This document shows positions 30,589-39,077 of a stretch of 63,958 nucleotides of DNA, in pieces (within the stretch, counting starts at the first letter, position 1; every line of letters starts with the position of its first letter). Position numbers and translations under genes: made by a program. A model generated the notes under the pieces. That model had not been told where the DNA came from and did not search any database. It saw only the letters and a program-made list of their open reading frames with translations. Where the stretch lies: assembly GCA_964630825.1 (NCBI GenBank), contig CAZVZR010000007.1, positions 1-63,958 of the forward strand, in the 5' to 3' direction. The stretch comes from an uncultured Planctomycetales bacterium. Its GTDB lineage: Bacteria > Omnitrophota > Gorgyraeia > Zapsychrales > Zapsychraceae.

Positions 30589-31533
30589 ATGAAAAAATCA
30601 GTTTTAATTTTTTTATGTGCGACGAGCTTTGCGGTTAGCGGATGCGATATCATTAAATCCATCAAAGAAGCTTTTTCTAAGCCCGACAAGAAAAATGTGG
30701 TTACAGCGCCGGCAGAAACGGTAACAGCCCCACAACCAGAAACAATACAACCTCAAGAAACATCCACGCCGCCAACAGGGGATGTTTTAGCTAGCATAGG
30801 CAATTGGACTATTACCAAAGATGAATTTCAGGAAAGGTTAAACGCTTTGAAAACTGTTTTGCCGGATTATGACATCACAAATCCACAAAACAGGCGCGAT
30901 GTACTTGATGAGCTTGTTCGTCAGCAACTTTTGGTTTTGGAAGCCGAAAAAAGCGGATTAGATAAAGGAAAAGATATTGTGAATGCCGTTGATGAATTCC
31001 GTCGCACGGTCATTGTTCGGGAAGCCGTACGCAAGCTTACGGAAAATATCAGTGTTACCGAAGAGGAAGCAAAAGCATTTTATGAAGAACGAAAGCAACT
31101 TTTTCGTGAAGCAGAAAAATGGCATATAAGGGAAATTGCCGTAGCTGATAAGGCAACAGCGGATAAACTTTTGGCGGGAATTTTAAATGGAGCAGATTTT
31201 GCTGAAACGGCAAAACAGAATTCTACTAATCCGACGGCAAAAGACGGTGGCGACTTGGGTTTTATCACACAAGCTCCATTTCCACAAATGCTTAATGCGC
31301 TTATTCCTTTAGATGTGGGTTCGGTCAGCAGCGTCTTTAAAGGGCCGGAAGATAAATATTATATTGTTAAATTAGAAGAGAAGAGCGGCGGGGAACAGAT
31401 TCCTTATGAGAAAGTCAAGGACGATGTCCTTGCAAGTTTGAAACAAGAAAAGCAAAAAAAGATTATCGTTGATCATCTTGGGCAATTGGAAAAAGATTTT
31501 AGCGTTAAAATCAACGACGCGCTTTTGAAATAA
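30589..31533 (+). CDS. Parvulin-type peptidyl-prolyl isomerase lipoprotein (SurA/PrsA-like)
   Basis: Lipobox AVSGC. SurA_N-like helical region followed by a PpiC rotamase (DGGDLGFI..., YYIVKLEEK). Confidence 0.8.
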   Translation: MKKSVLIFLCATSFAVSGCDIIKSIKEAFSKPDKKNVVTAPAETVTAPQPETIQPQETSTPPTGDVLASIGNWTITKDEFQERLNALKTVLPDYDITNPQNRRDVLDELVRQQLLVLEAEKSGLDKGKDIVNAVDEFRRTVIVREAVRKLTENISVTEEEAKAFYEERKQLFREAEKWHIREIAVADKATADKLLAGILNGADFAETAKQNSTNPTAKDGGDLGFITQAPFPQMLNALIPLDVGSVSSVFKGPEDKYYIVKLEEKSGGEQIPYEKVKDDVLASLKQEKQKKIIVDHLGQLEKDFSVKINDALLK

Positions 31534-31570
31534 TGGTTTTTGTTAAAGGGGCACGGGAGGTGTCCATATT

Positions 31571-32452
31571 ATGGCAATTAATTTAGAAAACAAAAAACAA
31601 ATCGCCACCATTTTTTCTGCCATAGCGTTAGGCGCTGTTGCTGTTTTTTTGACTGCAAATTATGTGCAAACGAGCATTCAAAGCCAGACTAAACAATTGG
31701 CACAGGAATATCAGAAAAGAAATGCGGGGGTATTTGATGAGCTTGAATTAGTTAAAAGAGGGTTAAAGCAATCCGAGGCTGCCCAGGCCGCTTTAGAAAA
31801 GCAAATTGAGCAAGTACGGAAACAGCCGGCACAGGTTATTGTGCAACAGGGCGGGCCAGCAACACAACCGGGTGAAAAAGGTATTGATACAACGGTATTT
31901 TCTGGTTTAACACCGCCCGGGAAAAGAGCGATGACGGTAGATATAGAATCATTGGATGCCGTGGGTGGACTGGTTAATCCAGGAGATTTTGTGGATGTTA
32001 TTGGGCATATGAAAATTCCCAAATCTGCAGACGCGGATGAAAAAGCAAAGCCGCAAGAGGTCACATCAGTCTTGTTTCAAAACGTTCAGGTTTTGGCGGT
32101 TGGAACAAATTTTAAACCGTCTGGGAATTCTAAAGTTTACGAGGATCAATATAAATCAAAAGACTTAAAGGTAACATTGGCTTTGGACCCGGAAGAAGCT
32201 TCGTTGCTCACATTTGTGAAGAAAAATGGGAATATACAGCTTATGTTAAGGCCACCCAATGAACTTCAAACCGAACGTATGCAGGTGGCCTCATGGGAAC
32301 TGTTGTCTGATTATGTTTTAGACAAGCAAGGGACAGAGCTTAAAGTTCCCACCGGGAAGGCAGATATTCATTCTGTTTCCGAGGGAGGATCTTCTTCTTC
32401 AGAGGTTAAGCCGTTTATTGAGATTTACCGCGGGGGAAAAGAACTTTTTTAA
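31571..32452 (+). CDS. cpaB: Flp pilus assembly protein CpaB/RcpC
   Basis: N-terminal TM, then RAMTVDIESLDAVGGLVNPGDFVDVIG...FQNVQVLAVG, typical of CpaB. Confidence 0.8.
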   Translation: MAINLENKKQIATIFSAIALGAVAVFLTANYVQTSIQSQTKQLAQEYQKRNAGVFDELELVKRGLKQSEAAQAALEKQIEQVRKQPAQVIVQQGGPATQPGEKGIDTTVFSGLTPPGKRAMTVDIESLDAVGGLVNPGDFVDVIGHMKIPKSADADEKAKPQEVTSVLFQNVQVLAVGTNFKPSGNSKVYEDQYKSKDLKVTLALDPEEASLLTFVKKNGNIQLMLRPPNELQTERMQVASWELLSDYVLDKQGTELKVPTGKADIHSVSEGGSSSSEVKPFIEIYRGGKELF

Positions 32453-32470
32453 TTTGGATTTTATCAAGGG

Positions 32471-34219
32471 ATGAGATTGCTAAAATTAGCCGTTCGACAA
32501 GGGGTTAAAAATTTAACGCACGCGTTTTTTGTGCTTTGCCTTTTCTTGATTTGTGCAAACAGTGTTTTTGCGCTGGATGCATCCTACCTGGAATCACCTT
32601 TCGTGAAAGCCAGTACGCCTTTAGATTCTGCCTTTACACAAGATGTTTATTTGGTCGTCGGTGAATTGGCCGAAATCAGTGTTCATTCTTTGACGCGTAT
32701 TTCGGTTACAGATCCGGGAATTGCCGATATCCTTGAAGCCAAAGAGGGAATTGTTAATCTTATTGCCAAACAACCCGGTCAGACCGCATTATTTATTTGG
32801 GACGAAAATGGAAAAGTTATCATGACAATCCACGTATCCAATCAGGATTTAGGAATGATAAAAGATCGTGTTAAAAATTTGCTTGTTGATGCAGGGATTA
32901 AAGAAGTAACGGTTCAACCCAATGAAGATGAAAGCAAGGTCGTTTTGTCGGGGGATTTGCCTGAATATAAGCGCGAAGCGTATGAGAGTATTAAAGGGAT
33001 ATTTAAGGATAATATTATTGATTTGGTTGGAAAAGAAGAACTTTTGGATTTGATTCAGGTGGATATGCAGGTAACGGAATTGAGTACAACGCTCAGTAAA
33101 AATCTTGGTATCAAATGGTCTCCGGCAAGCGCCACTGGGAGCACGGATGGTGATTTGGCTTTAAACTATAAGGAAGACCAAAATACTAAGTTTGACGGTT
33201 CGATTGGCGATTTTTTTAAAATAGGAGATTTTCGCCGGGACACTTTTTTGCAGGCAAAGGTGAATGCGCTTATTGAGGAAGGCAAGGCACGTATTCTCTC
33301 TAAGCCCAAAATAGTTGTCGCTAGCGGTCAAGAGGCAAAATTTCTCGTCGGCGGCGAAGTTCCCATAAGGACAACAACTACTTCAACGGGCGGGGCATCG
33401 ACCCAGGAAAATGTTCAATTTAAATCATTCGGCGTGGGGATGACGCTTACACCGACAATTCGCAAAGGAAAAATCAATGTAGTTTTAAACGTACAGATTA
33501 GCGATATTGATCGGGCCAATTCTGCTGGTAGCGACATCGCCTTTGAGACACGCACGGCTAGCACTAATTTAAATTTAGATGATGGGCAGTTGGTTGTTTT
33601 AGCTGGTTTGATTAAACACAATGAAAGTGAAACGCTTTCGCGGGTCCCTTTTTTAAGCAAGATTCCTATTGCTGGGATTTTATTTCGTAATCGTAAAACA
33701 CCCGCTCCTAATCAAGACCAGGAAGTGGTAATTTCTTTAGTCCCTACAATATTAAAATCAACGCGAGCGCCATCGGCGCAGGCGAAATATTCAGAAAACA
33801 AAGTTGTGGCCCACCATCCCACGCAAGGAGAAGCTAAAATAGCTTCTGAAATGCCGAGTGCCGGCGAAGATCAGGCACAATCCGTGCCAGCAGAGAAAAA
33901 TAAATCATACGTGGGAATCCCTAAGGACATGGAAGATTATGTGCGCCAAATTCAGCGACAAATTTCGCAATCAATAATTTATCCTCGCGAGGCCCAGGAA
34001 CAAGGGTTAGAGGGAACGGTCAGGTTGGGGATGTTAATACTGCGTGACGGGACACTCGCTTATGCTTCTGTTCAACAATCTTCAGGGTCTGCAATTATCG
34101 ATGATTATGCCCTAAATACCGCTAAAAATACAGCGCCGTATGCCGGTTTTCCGCCCACCTCAAAACTCGAAGAAATTAACGTCGTAGTTCCGATTGTTTA
34201 TAGTTTGAAAAGAAATTAA
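32471..34219 (+). CDS. cpaC: CpaC/RcpA-type secretin with C-terminal TonB_C-like domain
   Basis: Pilus N-domain (ISVTDPGIADILEAKEGIVNLIAKQPGQTALFIWDENG), secretin core (ILSKPKIVVASGQEAKFLVGGEVPI, VPFLSKIPIAGILFR), and a final ~90 aa reading YPREAQEQGLEGTVRLGMLILRDGTL... Confidence 0.85.
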   Translation: MRLLKLAVRQGVKNLTHAFFVLCLFLICANSVFALDASYLESPFVKASTPLDSAFTQDVYLVVGELAEISVHSLTRISVTDPGIADILEAKEGIVNLIAKQPGQTALFIWDENGKVIMTIHVSNQDLGMIKDRVKNLLVDAGIKEVTVQPNEDESKVVLSGDLPEYKREAYESIKGIFKDNIIDLVGKEELLDLIQVDMQVTELSTTLSKNLGIKWSPASATGSTDGDLALNYKEDQNTKFDGSIGDFFKIGDFRRDTFLQAKVNALIEEGKARILSKPKIVVASGQEAKFLVGGEVPIRTTTTSTGGASTQENVQFKSFGVGMTLTPTIRKGKINVVLNVQISDIDRANSAGSDIAFETRTASTNLNLDDGQLVVLAGLIKHNESETLSRVPFLSKIPIAGILFRNRKTPAPNQDQEVVISLVPTILKSTRAPSAQAKYSENKVVAHHPTQGEAKIASEMPSAGEDQAQSVPAEKNKSYVGIPKDMEDYVRQIQRQISQSIIYPREAQEQGLEGTVRLGMLILRDGTLAYASVQQSSGSAIIDDYALNTAKNTAPYAGFPPTSKLEEINVVVPIVYSLKRN

Positions 34220-34233
34220 TTCGAGTATATACT
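34205..34233 (+). promoter_or_regulatory. Candidate internal promoter
   Basis: TTGAAA, 17 nt, TATACT. Confidence 0.35.
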
Positions 34234-34309
34234 ACAAGTGTTAAATCTCAAAGACAGCTTTGAATAAAATAAGGATAAAAATTTTAAATTGTTTTTATAA
34301 AAAATTCTT

Positions 34310-36484
34310 ATGAGCGCAAAAATTATTACAATTTTCAGCAATAAAGGGGGGGTCGGCAAAACATTTGTCGCGGTTAATTTAGCCACCGCGTTGGCTGTTG
34401 CCGGCCGTCGGACGCTGTTGGTGGATTTGGATTTTCAAGGCGGGCAGGATATGGCCCGCATGATTAACACAACTCCAGGGAATTCCATCGTCGATCTTTT
34501 ACCGCAACTGGAAGGGACTGACGACCCTGACATCATAAAGAGAAGCGCTGCAACACATACTTCCGGCTTAAGTTTCGTTCCCGCTGTTCGAAATACTAAA
34601 CAGGTAGGACATGTCACACCAGATAATATTAAACCGTTTTTCAAAAAAGCCAATACCGTTTATGATTACATCATTGTAGATGGTGGTCAGACTTTTAGCG
34701 AAACCCTTATTACCGTCCTGGATTTTTCGAATCTTATTTTATTAGTAGCGACACCGGATATTTTAGCCGTATATCAAATCAAATGGTGTCTGGAAGTTCT
34801 GCAAAGTTTACAATTTCCCGTAAAGATGGTCCGGTTGATTTTAAACCGTTCAGAAAGCCGCGGCTCGGTGGCTTGGCAGGAAGTCCGCTCTGCTTTGCAG
34901 TGTGAAATTTTTGGGCACATTCCTTCCGACGGGAAAACGGTGGGGATGGCGTTAAATCGTGGCGTGCCCTGTGTGATGGACAGCCCTAGCAGCAAGGTGG
35001 CGGAATCGTTTGAGAAAATGGCGAGCTTATTAACCAAAGAAGAAATTTATGTTGCCACCAAAGAAGTAGAGCGTGGCAGGACTACGCCGGGGAAGGGGGA
35101 AACTAGCGAATTTTGGGCGAAGCTCGGTGTAACGCCGTCAACCGCTGTGCCCGTAGCTGCTTATACAACTACAGAGGAAGACGAAATCGCGGCGTTAAAA
35201 AAGAGGATTCATGAAAGGCTGATCGAGCGTTTTAATTTAGATGGGATTACACCAGATTCTTTGAGTGACCCGGAGGCTATTGCCCGCGTCAAAAAGACTG
35301 CTGAAGACATCGTCGGTAATTTATTGTTGGAAGAAGGCGGTGGGCGCATTGCCGCTCATGAGGAAAGAATGCGATTGGCTAAAGATGTGGTTAATGAAGC
35401 GTTGGGTTTAGGCCCATTGGAAGATTTCCTGGCCGACCCGGAAGTGACTGATATTATGGTGAATAACCGCAGTCAGATTTATGTTGAAAAAAGCGGAAAG
35501 ATTATTCTAACTAATAAAAAATTTATATCTAATGAACGTGTGCGTGCGGTTATCGATCGCATTATTGCCCCGTTGGGCCGGCGTATTGATGAGTCAGTGC
35601 CGATGGTTGACGCCCGTCTTCCCGATGGATCGCGCATCAACGCCATCATTCCACCTTTGTCTTTGGGAGGCCCGATGATTACCATCCGTAAATTCGGGCA
35701 AGAGCGCTTGAGGATGGAAGACTTGCTGGAAAAATATAAAAGTTTAACAAGGCCAATCATTGATTTTATGCAGGCGTGTGTTTTAACCAGAAAAAATGTC
35801 ATTGTTTCCGGTGGGACAGGTTCAGGGAAAACAACGCTTCTTAATGTTTTATCGGAGTTTATCCCCGAGGGAGAACGCATTATAACTCTCGAAGATGCCG
35901 CGGAGCTTCAATTAAAAAAGACACATTGGGTTAGGTTGGAGTCTCGCCCTTCCAACGTGGAAGGCCGGGGCGCGGTTAGCATCCGCGATTTGTTTATAAA
36001 TTCGCTTCGTATGCGGCCTGATCGGATTCTCATCGGTGAATGCCGTGGCCCAGAGGTTCTGGACATGCTTCAAGCGATGAATACCGGGCACGACGGGTCC
36101 ATGACAACACTGCATGCCAATTCCACTCGGGACGTTTTAACGCGCCTTCAGTCAATGATTCTTTTAAGCGGGCTGGAACTCCCCCAGAGGGCAATCAATG
36201 AAATGATCTCTACCGCCATCGACGTCATTGTTCATGTCAATCGATTTTCCGATGGAACAAGAAAACTGACCGGGGTTTCGGAAATTGTCGGGTTAGACAA
36301 AGATTGGCTGTGCGAGTTAAAAGACGTTTTTATTTTTAAGCAGTCCGGTGTTGATGAAAATGGTAAAGTTTTAGGTGAGTACAAGTCAACAGGTTATGTC
36401 CCGAGCTGTTTTGAGGATTTTACGACACGCGGGATAAAACTCGACAAAGAAATATTCTCCACGCAGTATAAACATATAGTCTAG
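34310..36484 (+). CDS. Fused CpaE/TadZ-like (MinD/ParA-type) and CpaF/TadA secretion ATPase
   Basis: N-terminal IITIFSNKGGVGKTFVAVNLA. C-terminal CpaF core with Walker A GGTGSGKTTLLN, Walker B ILIGECRG and His box GHDGSMTTLHAN. Confidence 0.85.
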   Translation: MSAKIITIFSNKGGVGKTFVAVNLATALAVAGRRTLLVDLDFQGGQDMARMINTTPGNSIVDLLPQLEGTDDPDIIKRSAATHTSGLSFVPAVRNTKQVGHVTPDNIKPFFKKANTVYDYIIVDGGQTFSETLITVLDFSNLILLVATPDILAVYQIKWCLEVLQSLQFPVKMVRLILNRSESRGSVAWQEVRSALQCEIFGHIPSDGKTVGMALNRGVPCVMDSPSSKVAESFEKMASLLTKEEIYVATKEVERGRTTPGKGETSEFWAKLGVTPSTAVPVAAYTTTEEDEIAALKKRIHERLIERFNLDGITPDSLSDPEAIARVKKTAEDIVGNLLLEEGGGRIAAHEERMRLAKDVVNEALGLGPLEDFLADPEVTDIMVNNRSQIYVEKSGKIILTNKKFISNERVRAVIDRIIAPLGRRIDESVPMVDARLPDGSRINAIIPPLSLGGPMITIRKFGQERLRMEDLLEKYKSLTRPIIDFMQACVLTRKNVIVSGGTGSGKTTLLNVLSEFIPEGERIITLEDAAELQLKKTHWVRLESRPSNVEGRGAVSIRDLFINSLRMRPDRILIGECRGPEVLDMLQAMNTGHDGSMTTLHANSTRDVLTRLQSMILLSGLELPQRAINEMISTAIDVIVHVNRFSDGTRKLTGVSEIVGLDKDWLCELKDVFIFKQSGVDENGKVLGEYKSTGYVPSCFEDFTTRGIKLDKEIFSTQYKHIV

Positions 36485-36492
36485 CCGCCCCC

Positions 36493-36834
36493 TTGCGAAT
36501 TTTTAACGCTACAAAGAAAACCCTTGTTGCCGATAATGCTCGGCTGGCCGATACCTTTCTTTCCCGTCTTATCGGCTTGATTAACCGGGCACACCTTTCT
36601 TTGGGCGAAGCGCTGATTATTACTCGTTGCCAGTCTATCCATATGTTTTTTATGCGCTTTGCTATAGATGCGATATTTATCGATAAAGAAAATAAAGTGG
36701 TCGGTTTGGTATCCAATATTCAACCCTGGCAGCTAAGCCCTATTTTTTTTAGGGCGACACGTGTTTTAGAATGCCCTCCCCAAACAATATCCCTTACAAA
36801 AACCACTTTAAGCGATTTAATTAGCATAGAATAA
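36493..36834 (+). CDS. DUF192 (UPF0127) family protein
   Basis: LADTFLSRLIGL...ALIITRCQSIHMFFMRFAIDAIFIDKENKVV. TTG start. Confidence 0.65.
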   Translation: MRIFNATKKTLVADNARLADTFLSRLIGLINRAHLSLGEALIITRCQSIHMFFMRFAIDAIFIDKENKVVGLVSNIQPWQLSPIFFRATRVLECPPQTISLTKTTLSDLISIE

Positions 36835-36845
36835 TTCAAAGTGGT

Positions 36846-36873
36846 TTGACCACAGCTTCTTGTATGGTATACT
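36846..36873 (+). promoter_or_regulatory. Candidate promoter
   Basis: TTGACC, 16 nt, TGg-TATACT. Confidence 0.5.
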
Positions 36874-36877
36874 GCAT

Positions 36878-36891
36878 TTAATGTCCAATCT
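36878..36891 (+). repeat. Copy 1 of 13/14-nt motif TTAATGTCCAATCT
   Basis: Exact 13-mer TAATGTCCAATCT. Also present at 55938, 55958 and 56692. Confidence 0.8.
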
Positions 36892-36900
36892 GTTTTTATT

Positions 36901-36968
36901 GTTGCCAGTTTCCAGATACCAGTAACCAGTGTCAATTATATAGAAACTGGCAACTGGAAACTGGTAAC
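36901..36968 (+). repeat. Long imperfect inverted repeat built from CCAGT/ACTGG units
   Basis: GTTGCCAGTTTCCAGATACCAGTAAC ... GAAACTGGCAACTGGAAACTGGTAAC. 21 of 26 positions pair, with a 16-nt loop. Confidence 0.7.
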
Positions 36969-36987
36969 TACTTAGGATGAGCGTTAA

Positions 36988-38856
36988 ATGGGTGTTGTTT
37001 ATAAACTTAAAGAAGAGGTCATTGACTTTATTCTTGAACAAAAGAAGTACGATCCCGCCATAAGTGTCCGCCGGCTTGCCAGCGTAGCGGCCGCAAAATT
37101 TCAAATCGAAATCTCCAAATCCTCAATAAATACTATCCTTAAAAACGCAAATTTAAGCAGTATGGTTGGCCGGCGCTCCGCGGCGTCTAAAGCTCCAAAG
37201 AAATTTACCATCCCCACAGAAAAGAAAAAACAGCTTTCCGCACAAGTTTTTCAATTGAGCGGACAAGAAGAGCAAGCAGTAAAAGAGCTCCCGGTTGTTC
37301 CAGAAAAACCTTCGTTGGTCCAACCCGCGAAAAAGGAAGAAGTGCCACCAGCACCGGCGTTGCCAGTAATCAACAATTCTGAAATTGTCCCAATCATTCC
37401 GGCAGCAACAAAACCCATTGTTACTCAAGAAGTTGTAGAAAAAGAAAATTTAACATCACCAAGTGTTTTTAAGCAAAGCTTTATCGACGAAATAGTATAC
37501 AGGCGTTTTGAGCATCGCGCGCAATATGGCCAGGCCTATAAAGGCATGGGGTGCGTTTTTTTGAAGGCAGCACAGTGGGAGGTGTTTTCTTTTCGGCGTT
37601 TTGATGAACTGCTTAGGCGTTATAGCCAAGGAGCTTTGCCGGAAGATTTTTCGGAACAGTGTTCACATTTGGTTTATCTAAATATTTTGGCGCAGCAAAA
37701 TTGTAATAATATAAAAGAATACCGCGGTTATGGCTTGCCGGTACTCAATGAATCAACAGGCTCAGTACCTGATGAGGCGGCTTTTCAGGCCCTCATCGAA
37801 ATGCCGTTTCGGATTCCTTCTTTGGTTTCTGATTATCTTGCCCTTAAAGCGGAAAACCGTTTGTGGGTTTCATATTTCAAATTGTTACTCGAAGACGGAA
37901 CGTCTTTGATTCTCGACGGTTGTTTATTATCTTTCTGGCCGGACGAGCGTGCCATTCCCAATTTTCTTTCTTGGCCGGTGGATAAAGCCACGACCTTGCT
38001 TTCACGGGATTTGGTCAGCAATGCGGAAGGGCTCAAGCTTTTCTTTACCGGTCAAGAGGCAAGCTTCTCAACGGAGTTTTTTAAAGCGGTAGGTTTTTTA
38101 GAGAACCTCAAAAATTTTCATGTTAAAGAAATAATTGGTTGTGATGCTCAGGGGCAAAAAATTATTGCGTTGACAACTATCCCCCGCCTGAAAAGAAATT
38201 ATATTGTCGGGATTTGGCCGCGGCAGAAAGAATTTGCCGAATTAACCAAATCATTGCGGTTTGCGGCGAAAAAACCGTTTTATGAAAAAAGCGTGGATAA
38301 AGCGGTTTATTATACGGAAACCCGTACGGATTTCTTCGTTTCACGTATCGATGAAACGCTGATCGGCAAGAGAATTATTACTTTGTGGTTTGAGGAAACA
38401 CAAGAACCAGCAGTTTCCATTTTAACGAATTGTGAAACCGTGGCCGCCGAAAAGATCACTTCTTTATTTTTAAGGCGTTGGCCGAATTGGGAAAGCAAGG
38501 GAGTGCTTTTTAATCGGGATGAGGGGGCAAGCCAGATTTCCGATGACAAAAAAGACAGAGACACTTCCCTTAATAATCTTTGGGCAGTTATCAGTGATTA
38601 TGCGCAAGGGCTGGAGAAACACATTTGCGCGAACTATCTGCCGCTTAATATGGATAAAGAAAGGCAGCGTCAAACCTTGAGGGCGATTTATCAATTAGAA
38701 GGCGGTGTTAAAGCAGGCAAAAGAGATTTTGCTGTTTTGTTAAAGACGGAAGAAGATTTTGCTTATAAAGAAACACTTGCCTGTATGCAAAAGGCGGTAA
38801 ATGAGAGTTGTGTTTTAGATGAGCGCGGCCGGCAGCTCATTATTGAAATTTGTTAA
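36988..38856 (+). CDS. Hypothetical protein with N-terminal HTH-like segment and Pro-rich linker
   Basis: 622 aa. ISVRRLASVAAAKFQIEISKSSINTILKNANL, then a PEKPSLVQPAKKEEVPPAPALP linker, then an unrecognised ~450-aa domain. SD AGGATGAG. Confidence 0.6.
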   Translation: MGVVYKLKEEVIDFILEQKKYDPAISVRRLASVAAAKFQIEISKSSINTILKNANLSSMVGRRSAASKAPKKFTIPTEKKKQLSAQVFQLSGQEEQAVKELPVVPEKPSLVQPAKKEEVPPAPALPVINNSEIVPIIPAATKPIVTQEVVEKENLTSPSVFKQSFIDEIVYRRFEHRAQYGQAYKGMGCVFLKAAQWEVFSFRRFDELLRRYSQGALPEDFSEQCSHLVYLNILAQQNCNNIKEYRGYGLPVLNESTGSVPDEAAFQALIEMPFRIPSLVSDYLALKAENRLWVSYFKLLLEDGTSLILDGCLLSFWPDERAIPNFLSWPVDKATTLLSRDLVSNAEGLKLFFTGQEASFSTEFFKAVGFLENLKNFHVKEIIGCDAQGQKIIALTTIPRLKRNYIVGIWPRQKEFAELTKSLRFAAKKPFYEKSVDKAVYYTETRTDFFVSRIDETLIGKRIITLWFEETQEPAVSILTNCETVAAEKITSLFLRRWPNWESKGVLFNRDEGASQISDDKKDRDTSLNNLWAVISDYAQGLEKHICANYLPLNMDKERQRQTLRAIYQLEGGVKAGKRDFAVLLKTEEDFAYKETLACMQKAVNESCVLDERGRQLIIEIC

Positions 38857-38878
38857 ATTAGGATATATCGGATATACT
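38850..38878 (+). promoter_or_regulatory. Candidate promoter
   Basis: TTGTTA, 17 nt, TATACT. Confidence 0.4.
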
Positions 38879-38884
38879 TAGGTT

Positions 38885-38994
38885 AGTTGGACGAAAAGGT
38901 GCGTTAGCCGCAAGGCTAATTACACAAAGCAACGGTTCCTTTTTCGAAGGAAGGCCGGGCTGCCGAAACAACTAGCTCAAAATTTGGACCATTG
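38885..38994 (+). ncRNA. Structured 5' leader, possibly a GEMM-I-like (c-di-GMP class I) riboswitch aptamer
   Basis: GNRA hairpin TTAGCC-GCAA-GGCTAA, then ACACAAAGCAACGG, a second hairpin, and GGCCGGGCTGCCGAAA. Compare my recollection of the GEMM-I consensus, ACGCAAAGC..CCGG ... GCCGGGUUACCGAAA. By eye only. Confidence 0.3.
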
Positions 38995-39029
38995 GCCTAT
39001 TTCTTCGAGAAAGGAATAGGCTTTTTTTG
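38995..39029 (+). terminator. Intrinsic terminator (possible riboswitch expression platform)
   Basis: GCCTATTTCTT-cgaga-AAGGAATAGGC followed by TTTTTTT. Confidence 0.7.
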
Positions 39030-39077
39030 TTGTTTTGATAAAATATTAAGATAATGATTGGCAAGGAGGGGCAAGGC

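Noticed and set aside
36878-38900. IS element or transposase interpretation of the 622-aa HTH gene
   Set aside because: There is no inverted copy of the upstream 13-mer or any other terminal inverted repeat after the gene, no direct repeats, and no visible DDE motif.
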